64,000 bases of DNA. Origin: Tubulanus polymorphus (lineage: Eukaryota; Animalia; Nemertea). Under the pieces are notes generated by a model that was given only the letters and a program-made list of their open reading frames with translations, was not told where the DNA came from and made no database searches. This document shows, piece after piece, positions 47,301 through 59,300 of the stretch (its first letter is position 1; every line of letters starts with the position of its first letter). Both the position numbers and the translations under genes were made by a program. The DNA lies in the NCBI RefSeq assembly GCF_964204645.1, contig NW_027437432.1, positions 149,653 to 213,652 on the forward strand. Direction: 5' to 3'.

Positions 47301-50300
47301 CATCCCCCCCTCCTCCCTGTCACCCCTCCTCCCTGTCACCCCTCCCCCTAGTACACCCACACTCATCCCCCCCTCCTCCCTGTCACCCCTCCCCCCTGTC
47401 ACCCCTCCCCCCTAGTACACCCACACTCATCCCCCTCCTCCCTGTCACCCCTCCTCCCTAGTACACCCACACTCATCCCCCCTCCTCCCTGTCACCCCTC
47501 CCCCCTAGTACATCCACACTCATCCCCCTCCTCCCTGTCACCCCTCCCCCCTAGTACACCCTGTCACCCCTCCCCCCTAATACATCCACACTCATCCCCT
47601 CTTCCTCCCTGTCACCCTCCCCCCTAGTACACCACACTCATCCCCCCTTCCTCCCTGTCACCCTCCCCCCTAGTACACCCACTGTATGTTTATATTTTAT
47701 ATTTCAGCCCGATGCTAATAATGACTGCAGCCCTTTTGATCAACTGCTGGTTCAGTTGTGTAAAGTACGGCCAAATAGAAAGGTACGAATCAATTAGAAT
47801 ATTCCAGTTATTGTACGTGTAGGAGGAAGTAATTAATGTGATGTATGTTTATTGTAGGGTATCGAAGTCGCTCATAATGTCGTCAATGATCAGATGTTAA
47901 TTGAGTTTAAAGGTGAAGTAATGTTTAGAGAACAATTCGATAAGGAAAATAATTTGCTCAAAAAGTAAGTTTATCGTCGCACCGATCTGAGTTTAGTATC
48001 CGTCGTGTCCCTGTGAGTGATTGTATGATTCACGGTGTGTATTTCAGCAGCAGCAGCAGTGGTGGCAGCACCAGTCAGTTTCATCCGTTTGTTCTGTTTT
48101 ACTCTAAATACGACCGTTGTGATTTATGTATCGACGCTACCAAATATGGAAGTGAAGCTCGGTTCCTCAGGAGATCGTGTTTACCGAATGCAGAGGTAAC
48201 GTCCTCACTCTCCAGACCCCCCTCCTCTCCAGCCCCTTCCCCCTCCCTCCTCTCCAGCCCCTTCCCCGCCCTCCTCTCCAGACCCCCCTCTCCAGCCCCT
48301 TTCCCCTCCCTCCTTTCCAGCCCCTTCCCCGCCCTCCTCTCCAGACCCCCCTCTCCAGCCCCTTCCCCTTCCCTCCTCTCCAGCCCCTCCCTCCTCTCCA
48401 GCCCCTTCCCCGCCCTCCTCTCCAGACCCCCCTCTCCAGCCCCTTTCCCCTCCCTCCTCTCCAGCCCCTTCCCCGCCCTCCTCTCCAGACCCCCCTCTCC
48501 AGCCCCTTCCCCCTCCCTCCTCTCCAGCCCCTCCCTCCTCTCCAGCCCCTTCCTCTCTCCAGCCCCTTCCCCGCCCTCCTCTCCAGATTTCCTCCTCTCC
48601 AGCCCCTTCCCCGCCCTCCTCTCCAGACCCCCCCTCCTCTCCAGACCCCCTCCTCTCCAGCCCCTTCCCCCTCCTCCAGACCCCCTCTCTCCAGCCACTT
48701 CCCCCTCCTCCAGACCCCCTCTCTCCAGCCCCTTCCCCCTTCCTCTCCAGCCCCTTCCCCGCCCTCCTCTCCAGATTTCCTCCTCTCCAGCCACTTCCCC
48801 CTCCCCTCTCTCCAGCCCCTTCCCCTCCTCTCCAGACCCCCCTCTCCAGCCACTTCCCCTCCCCTCTCTCCAGCCCCTTCCCCGTCCTCCTCTCCAGACC
48901 CCCTCCCCTCCTCTCGAAACCCCACTTACCCTTGTAATAGTTGATATATATGTGATGAAGTTAAAGATCTCTGTAGTTAAGTGTTTGATGTGTTTGATAG
49001 GTTCGTCATGTAGTAGACAGTGGATTGATACATTTACTGGTTTACGCCTGTAAAGAGATTTCACAAGGATCTGAAGTCACGATTCCTTTCGATTTCGACT
49101 ATCGACAATGGTAAGTTTATAAACAACATAAAACTCCCCTCTCTGACATCATCATTGACAAACCTAGTGATGATTATACAGCACAGTGAAAAGGAATGAA
49201 ATGTTGATTTGTATTTGATTGTTACAGTTGTGAACCGGTAGAATGTGCGTGCTCCAGAAACAACTGCTCCGTCACAAAATACTTCAAAAACAGAGATCAA
49301 CATCCGATCATTAAACAGTCTTCAGAATCAACTACAACATTGACTCCTCCTACTCAATCTACTACTGTCAGTGTGAAAAAGTAAGTTCAATGTTAAACTA
49401 TCGGTCAACCCTTGATTATCAGCGTCCCTATAGACTTGACACAGGGTGGCGCTACTGAACTGCAAAACTCGGGGAGTCTGAAAAATCAGGAAATTTGACC
49501 AAAAATCTGGCAAACTCAGGGAATTCAGATAATGCTTTTGATCATAAAAAATGAATGAATTTAAACATTTTAAATGTAGAAATTTCACGCAGGGAATTTT
49601 TCATAATCACAGTGGATTTGTATATATTACCACCGTGTACTGCCCTCTGTCTCAATATAAACGATGTAATTCTATCGGTTTCCACTGAAGATAATCAACA
49701 GTTGACTGTTTTAATTTTAAACTCAGCTTCGTAGGCATTTTGTGTTGACACGCTATTATTACACTGTTATCAATAGGTTTCCTCTGAATTTAGTGAAAGT
49801 ATCAAGAAATAATTTAACCAGGTACGAGATTTATTTATTCAGCTTCAAGTAGAAAATGCCTCGGTTTATTTCGCATTCTTTCTCCGCAGGGGGGGGGGAA
49901 CTATGTACGTCGATTAACATTAGATTCCATTTCAGGGTCGTCGGTCAAAAGAGATCAAAATCGCAGGAGAAATCATCGGAACCGGAACCCCCAGCGCCAT
50001 CTATACCGGCGACCGGTACTACTAATAAACGTAGAGCTACGCCGCTGAAACCATCGACCGTCACGAATCAACAAGATAAAACAGATTTAAATAAATCGAT
50101 TAATACATCTGAGGATGATGAGGCTGGAGAGGAATCTGGTAATATAGAACTAGACGTTGAGGAAACATCTACTAAAACTACTACACCTCCACAACAACGA
50201 ACCAACAAAAAAATGGTCAGTATTTTACTTATTATTTCTCACTCTCTCTTTGCTCAGCACAACTGTCACATTTTAACTATTATAGTAAAAAGTGCTGGAG

Positions 50301-53300
50301 AAATGAAACAGCGCGGCTGATTACCGGTAATCAGGGAATAGTCGGGCTGTTTTCAGTTCTTTTAAAAAGTCATGGAATTGTATAAAACAGCTTTGAATCG
50401 GGGATAAGTTGGAGGGAAATTAGTTGAAAATGTGAGATCCCGTCAATGTGTTACATATTTGGTTACGGTAATTGATTAAGATTCGAGAGAACAATGTGGC
50501 GCCACCATGTGAGTGAATGTGTTACTATTTTTAGAATCGAGAGGAACGTAAAATGGAAGCAATAATGAAAGCATTCGAAATAATGGAAAAACGAGAGGAA
50601 AGACGTAAAGAGGCGTTGGCACGACAACAGAGTCATGATTCGTCGTCAGGGGCGACTGTTGGTGCAGGAGGGTCGAATGAAACTACCGTAGTATCATCAA
50701 CTACAACAACTACAACTACAACTACACCGGTTAAAAAAACACGCAAAAATAGTTCAGAAAATAATAAAAAATCTGCAAAACGGAAAAGTGTCGAGGAGAA
50801 ACACATTCAGGTAGGTGGCAGCACAGTACTTCTTTATTCCAGGTGGCAGCACAGTTCTTCTTTATTCCAGGTGGCAGCACAGTGCTTTTTTATTCCAGGT
50901 GGCAGCACAGTGCTTTATTCCAGGTGGCAGGTAGAATTTTAGACTGTGTGAAAAATGTTTGAACTTAGAAGATGTTTCCATCCTTGAGAACCTTCGAAAA
51001 CTAATATTATTGTTGTAATGTTTGCAGGTGTCTGAATCAGAATCTACAAATGTAAAAGATGAACAACCAATCATAAAACACGAACAAAAAACTGTTAAAT
51101 CGGAGCCGTCTGCTAGCAGCAGCTCTCAACCGTCAGAGACACCTGGTGTTAAACTAGAACAAATGGATGTAGGATCGACGAGTTGTGACGATTCACAGAT
51201 GATCTGTGATACCGCGATAAAACAGGAGCCACCCACTCCGGCTCCGGCAACAGCTCCGGACGAGCCTCCTGCTGTAGATTCAGAATCTACAGCTGACGAC
51301 AAACAGATTAAAACAGAACAAACAAAATTAAAAGGGTAAGGTTCATATTGAGAGGTAATGAAATATATAGTTCATCAGTTGATATATACAGGTATAGGTG
51401 GTAGGGTGAGATACTGCGTTGAAGGTGTTGAGTTTGAATTTTAATGAAATATTTTGATTTTAGAAAGAAGAGAAGGCGATCTTTACCGATTTCTCGCAGG
51501 TTTGTAGATTACTGAATTCTAGATGATTCAGCTGTTTTTACTAAACAGTTTAAAGTTCACTGTTTGAAACTGTGTATATTGTAGGCGTGTGACGAACAGA
51601 TCTCAAAGTGCATCAACCGATCAGTTAAACACCGGTGAATCAGTCGTCTCTACCGCTCCAGTTTCAATCACTCCCGATCCTTCAATTCAAGCCTTTCGAT
51701 TCCCAAAAACTAAAAAGGTCGGTTTAATCAGCTATTTGTTAGATAACTCTGTAAGATGTCAGTTAATGGACCGAGATAAAACACGTTGATTGAGAGATTG
51801 AACCCGAGAAGTTGTTTGTAATTATTGTCAAATTGCTGCCCGTATTGAATGAATTCCTTTGTGATTTTAGCACATGATGAATGAATGGTTTTCTGAGAAT
51901 GATTCCGGACGATCGATAAACGGAGCAGCAGCGGCTGCCGATGGAGGAGGAGTTGAAGGAGTAACAGCAGCAGCAGCAGCAGCAGGAGGAGGAGGAGGAG
52001 GAGGAGGAAACAGCAGCGGAGTCGACGAGGAGGAAGAACAAATATTTGTAAAATGTATCAATAATTCGAGAATTGATAATCTGAGTCATTTACGGCGTAA
52101 TTCGCACAACAGTGGTGGTAACCACGGTAACGTGCCGATATTAAAGCTACCGACGACTCATCATTATCATCATCATCACCAATCAACGACACCGGTGATG
52201 ACGAGTAGCAGCGCCGGAGGTATCGGATCGGCTAAAAAGGTAAAAATATTCCTCCTTCAATCAGTTTCATCGAATCAACTCAAGTTTTACGTTTCTTGAT
52301 TTAACAAAATTTAAAATCGAATTCACAATAGTTGAAATGAATCCAGGTCGTTTCTCACATCTCATTCATTCACTACATTAGTAAATGACTAGTTTAATTT
52401 CTTAGAATCAATTTGAATTTAACAAATTAAGAGCAGGATCTTGAAGTCCTGGGGCCGGTTCCATAGACAGGGCTTAGACTTAAGACCGGTCTAAGACAAA
52501 CTTAGGTCTATAGCCAATCTAAGAACTTAAGACCAGTCTTAAGGTTTAAGACCATTTGTGGTCTTAAGTCCTGACTATGGAACCGGCCCCTGACTTAAAA
52601 GTTGTAGAAGTTTTAACCATTTTGAAAAAACGTCATTTGACTTTGAGTGACACCTGGTGTGCGTTTCAGAAACGAAATCAGCACCGATTGATTTTGAGCT
52701 TACAACAGAAAAGAGACACATGTGAGACAATTTCTGTATGAAATAGAAATACAGTACGCACTGGCGCACTGGCAGCGCAATTACATAAAGCAGCAAAAAG
52801 ATTTTTTAAAAGTCTGAATAATTGTTTAATGAATTGTGTATTATTGTTTTTATAGAGATGGCTTCGTCAGGCTATGAATGAAACCGATAGTGGAACTAGT
52901 TCTCCTGTCCTTAACGGTAGCGCAAGTCCTAATACAATACACAGTTACATATCGATGAATAGCCCTTCGCATTCGCCACCTACTGGTGAGTTACTAACAC
53001 TAATCAGTTGTGACAGTTTGAATCACAGACACAATAAATATGTAACATTTATTACTATTTCTGAGAAGAAAATCTGAAAACTTTTATAAACATAAGTACA
53101 ATATTCATCATGTTGAATAAACTCTAATTCCGTTACTTATTACTGTTTCTGTGAAGATGAATTTAGATAAATCTGGAAACTATCAAATTCATTGATCAAC
53201 TCTCAAAACTTCATCAGAATTCTGTTGATTAGAATAACGATAATATATCGATTATTTATAGATTTTGTGACTCCATTGAAAAAGCGTCGTTTAGCTCGAG

Positions 53301-56300
53301 AGTCGATATCGTGTGAAGATGGTACCTTACCCCTTACTCCGTCCACTCCATCTACATCACCGGTTCCAGAGACTACGGCTACAGCTGCTTCACCGGTACC
53401 TGAACCATCAGCTACCGTACTGCCGCCTACACCTAATACACCCGGTGATAATCTCCTCCTCATGGTACGTTTATCAATCAAACAGTTCTTTCTCGCCCTG
53501 AATGTTGAACATGTGAATTCATGTGAATTGTGCTGTATTTTCAGAATCCATGTGCTACAATGTGCTATGAAAATACTGACAATGATCAGTTTGAAAATAC
53601 TAAAACTATTACGATTCTCAATACGAGTTCAGGATACACGCGAAATCCCAGTCCTGTACGCTCTAGGAATCCGAGTTCCAGTCCGGCGCTGTCTTTGAGT
53701 CCGGCACGGTCACAGCTTCCGAGTTTGAGTCCGGCGCGGTCACAGAATCCGAGTTTGAGTCCGGCGCAGTCTCAGAATCCGAGTTTGAGTCCGGCGCAGT
53801 CTCAGAATCCGAGTTCGAGTCCGGCACGGTCACAGAATCCGAGTTCGAGTCCGTCGCAGTCTCAGAATCCGAGTTCGAGTCCGGCGCAGTCTCAGAATCC
53901 GAGTTCGAGTCCAGCGCAGTCTCAGAATCCGAGTTCGAGTCCAGCGCAGTCTCAAAATCCGGCACGGTCACAGATTCAAAATTCGAGTCCGGTTAATTCG
54001 ACCGGCAGTAGTGTTTTACGTGCTATAGACAGTATTTGGAACGAACCTAGGTTAACACTACCGAGCGAAACGGACTCGGATGTAATGCACAGCAGTACTA
54101 CTGAAACTGAGTGTAGTTCTAGTGATCAACAACAGGGGGCGTGTACGTCGACTGACGAGGGTCAGGAGGTGGAAGCTGTTTGTAGTTCTAGCGTTACCGT
54201 TACTAGCGCCGATAGTAATTCATCAGATTCTACCGAACACAAACAGCAGACGCAGCAGCAGTGCGATACGAGTACACCAGGTGGAGCTACTACTCGTCAT
54301 TCTACCGACGTCGATTATTGCGTTACCGCGGCGACGGTAACTAACAGCGAACAGGAAGTGAATTCGACAGTGGTCGATTCGGTGGATGAATCGGAGGAAT
54401 CTATGATAACGAGTTCGTACGGTGAATCGCAGGGATTCGATATAGATGATTCAGCGGTTCAGATAGCGTCTAGTAGCACCGATCATAGCACAGCGGTAGA
54501 TTCATCTACTACGCATTATAAACTACACGTATCATCTACTACTGATTTAAACTATAATAAAACAACAAACAACACCGTCTCCACGACTACTATACAACCA
54601 GCGCCATCTATTAACCAATCATCGGAAGCAGCTTCAGTTTTACCATCGACGCCACCTACCAGGAAAAAGGTACGTTACGTTTTATCACTATCGTTTCAGC
54701 CTATTTTCTAACGGAATTCATTTAAATTTATTTCGTTTCTTTGAAGGTTTCATTGTTGGAATATCGTAAACGTATGAGAGATCGAGGCAGCACTGATCGG
54801 ACTAGCGTAGAACGGACTAGTACTGACTGGACTAGTATCGATCGGACTAGTATCGATCAGTCATCGGTTTCTAACAGTCGCGTCGAATACTCTACACCGA
54901 TATCTATCGCCGTGGCAACCACCTCGACGACCTCAAACTGTTTAACCGTCGTTACGGGCGACGTAGCCGTCGTCAATAGCAACACGCGGAACACTACTCC
55001 CGCGACGATGAACATTATACCATCGGTGTTACCGGTGGCAACCGCTGCAGCGGCGCCCCCTACACCAATCTGTTTAACCCCGTTACAGTTACCTAGCAAC
55101 AGTCAACAAGATACTTCATCGTCCAGCTCAGCCACGCAGCAAGGTCAGTTGTACTTTTACACCATATTTATCATATTAGTACATACAGCATATAGATGAA
55201 ATATAAACCAACGAGTGATGGATTTTAGTTTATACAGAGAGTATAGTGACGTGGTGACATCTAGTGGTGATATATAGAACTATAAGTCGATGATTCACTG
55301 TATCTCAGACACTACGACATGTATATATATAACATCATGTTTCAACTACTCTTATGTCTGGGTGTAATGTTACATTATTACAGTATTGAAGTACTACTTT
55401 ATCTGCCTCCCCCTCACTCTCTCACTCACTTAGTCTCACTTATATTGACAATCTCACTCAACATCTAGAAAACTGTTTGACCATTAAACAGTCTGTAAAA
55501 ACAGCCATCATTTTACTGCAATACATCACAGTCTGGCTGGACACAGTTTTACTGATCTTTATACAATTCTGATGTTTACGGGCCAGTGTAATTCTGATGT
55601 TTACGGGCCGGTGTAATTCCGATGTTTACGGGCCAGTGTAATTCTGATGTTTACGGGCCAGTGTAATTCTGATGTTTGCGGGCCGGTGTAATTCTGATGT
55701 TTACGGGCCAGTGTAATTCTGACATTTACGGGCCAGTGTAATTCCGATGTTTACGGGCCAGTGTTATTCTGATGTTTACGGGCCAGTGTAATTCTGACAT
55801 TTACGGGCCAGCGTTATTCTGACATTTACGGGCCAGTGTAATTCCGATGTTTAAGGGCCAGTGTTATTCTGATGTTTACGGGCCAGTGTAATTCTGATGT
55901 TTACGGGCCAGTGTAATTCTGATGTTTACAGGCCAGTGTAATTCTGATGTTTACGGGCCAGTGTAATTCTGATGTTTACGGGCCAGTGTAATTCTGATGT
56001 TTACGGGCCAGTGTAATTCTGATGTTTACAGGCCAGTGTAATTCTGATGTTTACGGGCCAGTGTAATTCTGATGTTTACGGGCCAGCGTTATTCTGACAT
56101 TTACGGGCCAGTGTAATTCCGATGTTTACGGGCCAGTGTTATTCCGATGTTTACGGGCCAGTGTTATTCTGATGTTTACGGGCCAGTGTAATTCTGATGT
56201 TTACGGGCCAGTGTAATTCTGATGTTTACAGGCCAGTGTAATTCTGATGTTTACGGGCCAGTGTAATTCTGACATTTACGGGCCAGCGTTATTCTGACAT

Positions 56301-59300
56301 TTACGGGCCAGCGTAATTCCGATGTTTACGGGCCAGTGTAATTCCGATGTTTACGGGCCAGTGTTATTCTGATGTTTACGGGCCAGTGTAATTCTGATGT
56401 TTACGGGCCAGTGTAATTCCGATGTTTACGGGCCAGTGTAATTCCGATGTTTACGGGCCAGTGTTATTCTGACGTTTACGGGCCAGTGTAATTCTGATGT
56501 TTACGGGCCAGTGTAATTCTGATGTTTACGGGCCAGTGTAATTCTGATGTTTACGGGCCAGTGTAATTCTGATGTTTACGGGCCAGTGTAATTCCGATGT
56601 TTACGGGCCAGTGTAATTCTGATGTTTACAGGCCAGTTAACTGTCGTCGCTCGTGTCCAAAACCTGTCCCAACCTATTACAACTGATCTTAAGATGTTTA
56701 TAGATTGACTATTGAACTTAGACTGGTGTTCGATCTAAGCTCAGACCTTGAAACTCGGAGACCCATTTCAAACTCTGAACAAGTTTATCGGGCCTAGAAT
56801 TTAAGCATTTTCATTTTAGCAAAATAACTGTAGATCATTCTTATTTTCTGGTTATTTTGTGTATATGGCTAAAATTGAAAGGTGATGATACAAACGTGAA
56901 ATATTTCAGCCACATTTGATTCAGACAAGAAAAATCGTTTATAAGCATAAAGCATAGAGAATGACTGCAGTTTTTTAGTGTGACATGTGGCAACTGTCAT
57001 CATATAGAACCTGAGGACAATCTGTAGAAATCAATAACACGCTGTTCTATGCATGTATTGGGTACAGTCACTATGTTTTTCTGATGTTGATCACTGAAAT
57101 TTCAGTAAATTCACCGAAAATCTAGTAAAATATGAGTTAAATTTCTATGAGTAAAATTAATCATTTATCGACGGTTTGATCTGAAAAATTCTGGACTCGG
57201 CAACGTCTAGAAAATACGCAGTAAAATCTGCTGCGAATAAAATACAGTCGACTGTAATTAGATTCAGTCTGTGTATTTATCAGTTTATTGCGATGACTTC
57301 ACTGAGGGTTGTTAGAGTGCTAGATTACATCACCTCCTCTATCCGGTCCAGTCCGGTCCGGTCCGGTCTGTCCGTCCGTACTAACTCTTATGTGGTTTTC
57401 TATAAAAATCTGACTCATCTCTTTTCACAGTCGTATTATGTTTCATAAGTTAATTACGTACTCTTATCACTACTCTTAGCATCATTAGCCATTATTGCGG
57501 CAATTCGGCAGTTTGGGGCCTCGAGCGGTAACACTTAAAACTGTCACTGAGCAATATCTCAGTCGTAAAGTCAAGTGTTACAATCATCACATCAGTGAAA
57601 CAATCTGTAACATGTCTGTGTGTGTGAGTCATACATCGTGTTTGTGTTAAGAATATTTGATATATTCGCCAGCTCTTCGTCAGGTACTGAACTTATCATC
57701 TATGTCACAGTCATTGTTTTCAAAATCTGCATCATTTCTACGAGTTGATCAAACAATAATATCCCGACATACTGCAGTTTACAATTCTATAAAATTTAGT
57801 TTATGGTCCAAAATTCCATCGATAACAAACCAGTTTAGGGAATCCTCAATGAGTTAAGAGGATCCTCAATGAGATTAGAGGATCCTCGGTGAGTTTAGAG
57901 GATCCTCAATGAGTTAAGGGGATCCTGAATCAGTTAAAAGGATCCTCAATGAGTTAAGGGGATCCTGAATCAGTTAAAAGGATCCTGAATCAGTTAAAAG
58001 GATCCTCAATCAGTTAAGAGGATCCTCAATGAGTTGTTTGAGGTATTTAACTGAAGTGTATTTAATGATTGTAGGTTGCAGTGAGAAGAAGGATCCATGG
58101 AGCACTCCTACGCTAGTCGAGAGAATTAGAGAACAGAGTTTAACCGGATTATCAGATCGTTTAAAACGTGATTTAAGGGATTTTCCACCTCCACCACCGC
58201 CTGCGCCACCTATCAGCTCGATACCGGTACTAACGCAGAAAGATGATAAACGATGGAGTTCGGCTCCGGTGGAGAAAGTTCGGGAACAGAGTTTAACGGA
58301 ACGATTAAAACGTGAATTTGGATTGGAGGATGTTCCCGACGAGACCGACGACGAACATAAAGGTATGTGAAACTATCGCCCCCTGGTGGTGGTCGTGGTG
58401 AAACCGCCGTCTGAGACATGACCATATTTAGACGACCTTGAGAACACGGGTCAATCGACTAATGTCATCAGTCATCGTAAAAATGTAGAACAGATTTGTG
58501 TAGTTTTTATGATGATTAGAAGTTGTGTTGAGAGTTGCTCCCCCCGGGAGTCCCCCCTCCCGCTGCAGCTGCCGTGTGTATCAGACTGTTTTATGATATG
58601 AGGGGAAATTGAACTCATAAATGTAGATTAGTCTGTGAAAATACCTCTCAATTGTCGTGTGACATCATGAGCTAAAAATAGCTACATTACTCATCACAGA
58701 CACCTCATATACACCGGTCAGCCTATTCACCATCGGTCAAAACTTACTATTAATTACATCGAAATTATACACAAGACTCGCTGATAGATTTACGTTTAAA
58801 TTTTCCCTTTTGACCGGGTCATCGGAGAGGTGAGGTGTGATTAGCCAATAATCTGTGCCTCTCTCGATCACCGTGGACAACAATAACGGACGAACAATTG
58901 AATAAAGAGTTCTAACATTTTTATCGAAGTCTTCTACAAATCAGTTTCAAATCAATAGACACAAAAACCGTGCATCTGTCTGGAAATAATGTGGGTAACC
59001 TTTCAGTATCAACAACGTGTGTACATAGCGTTCATAGACGAGAGCTCTTCATCAACCCCCCTCCTCCCTGCCTCCCCCTCTCCTCCCTCCTCACCGATAC
59101 CCGATGAATCAATAATATTATAACAATAATATATGTAGCTCAAGTGAAGCGCGGTTAAAACTCAAAGAGAAAATAAATGTTCACAAATTCTCCGCGTGAA
59201 AATATAGATTAATAAAAATGAGGTTATCGATGAAATGGACCGACGGTGCAGTAGTTTAACCCTGTCACCTACAACTGTCATCATTATTGTCAAATACAAA

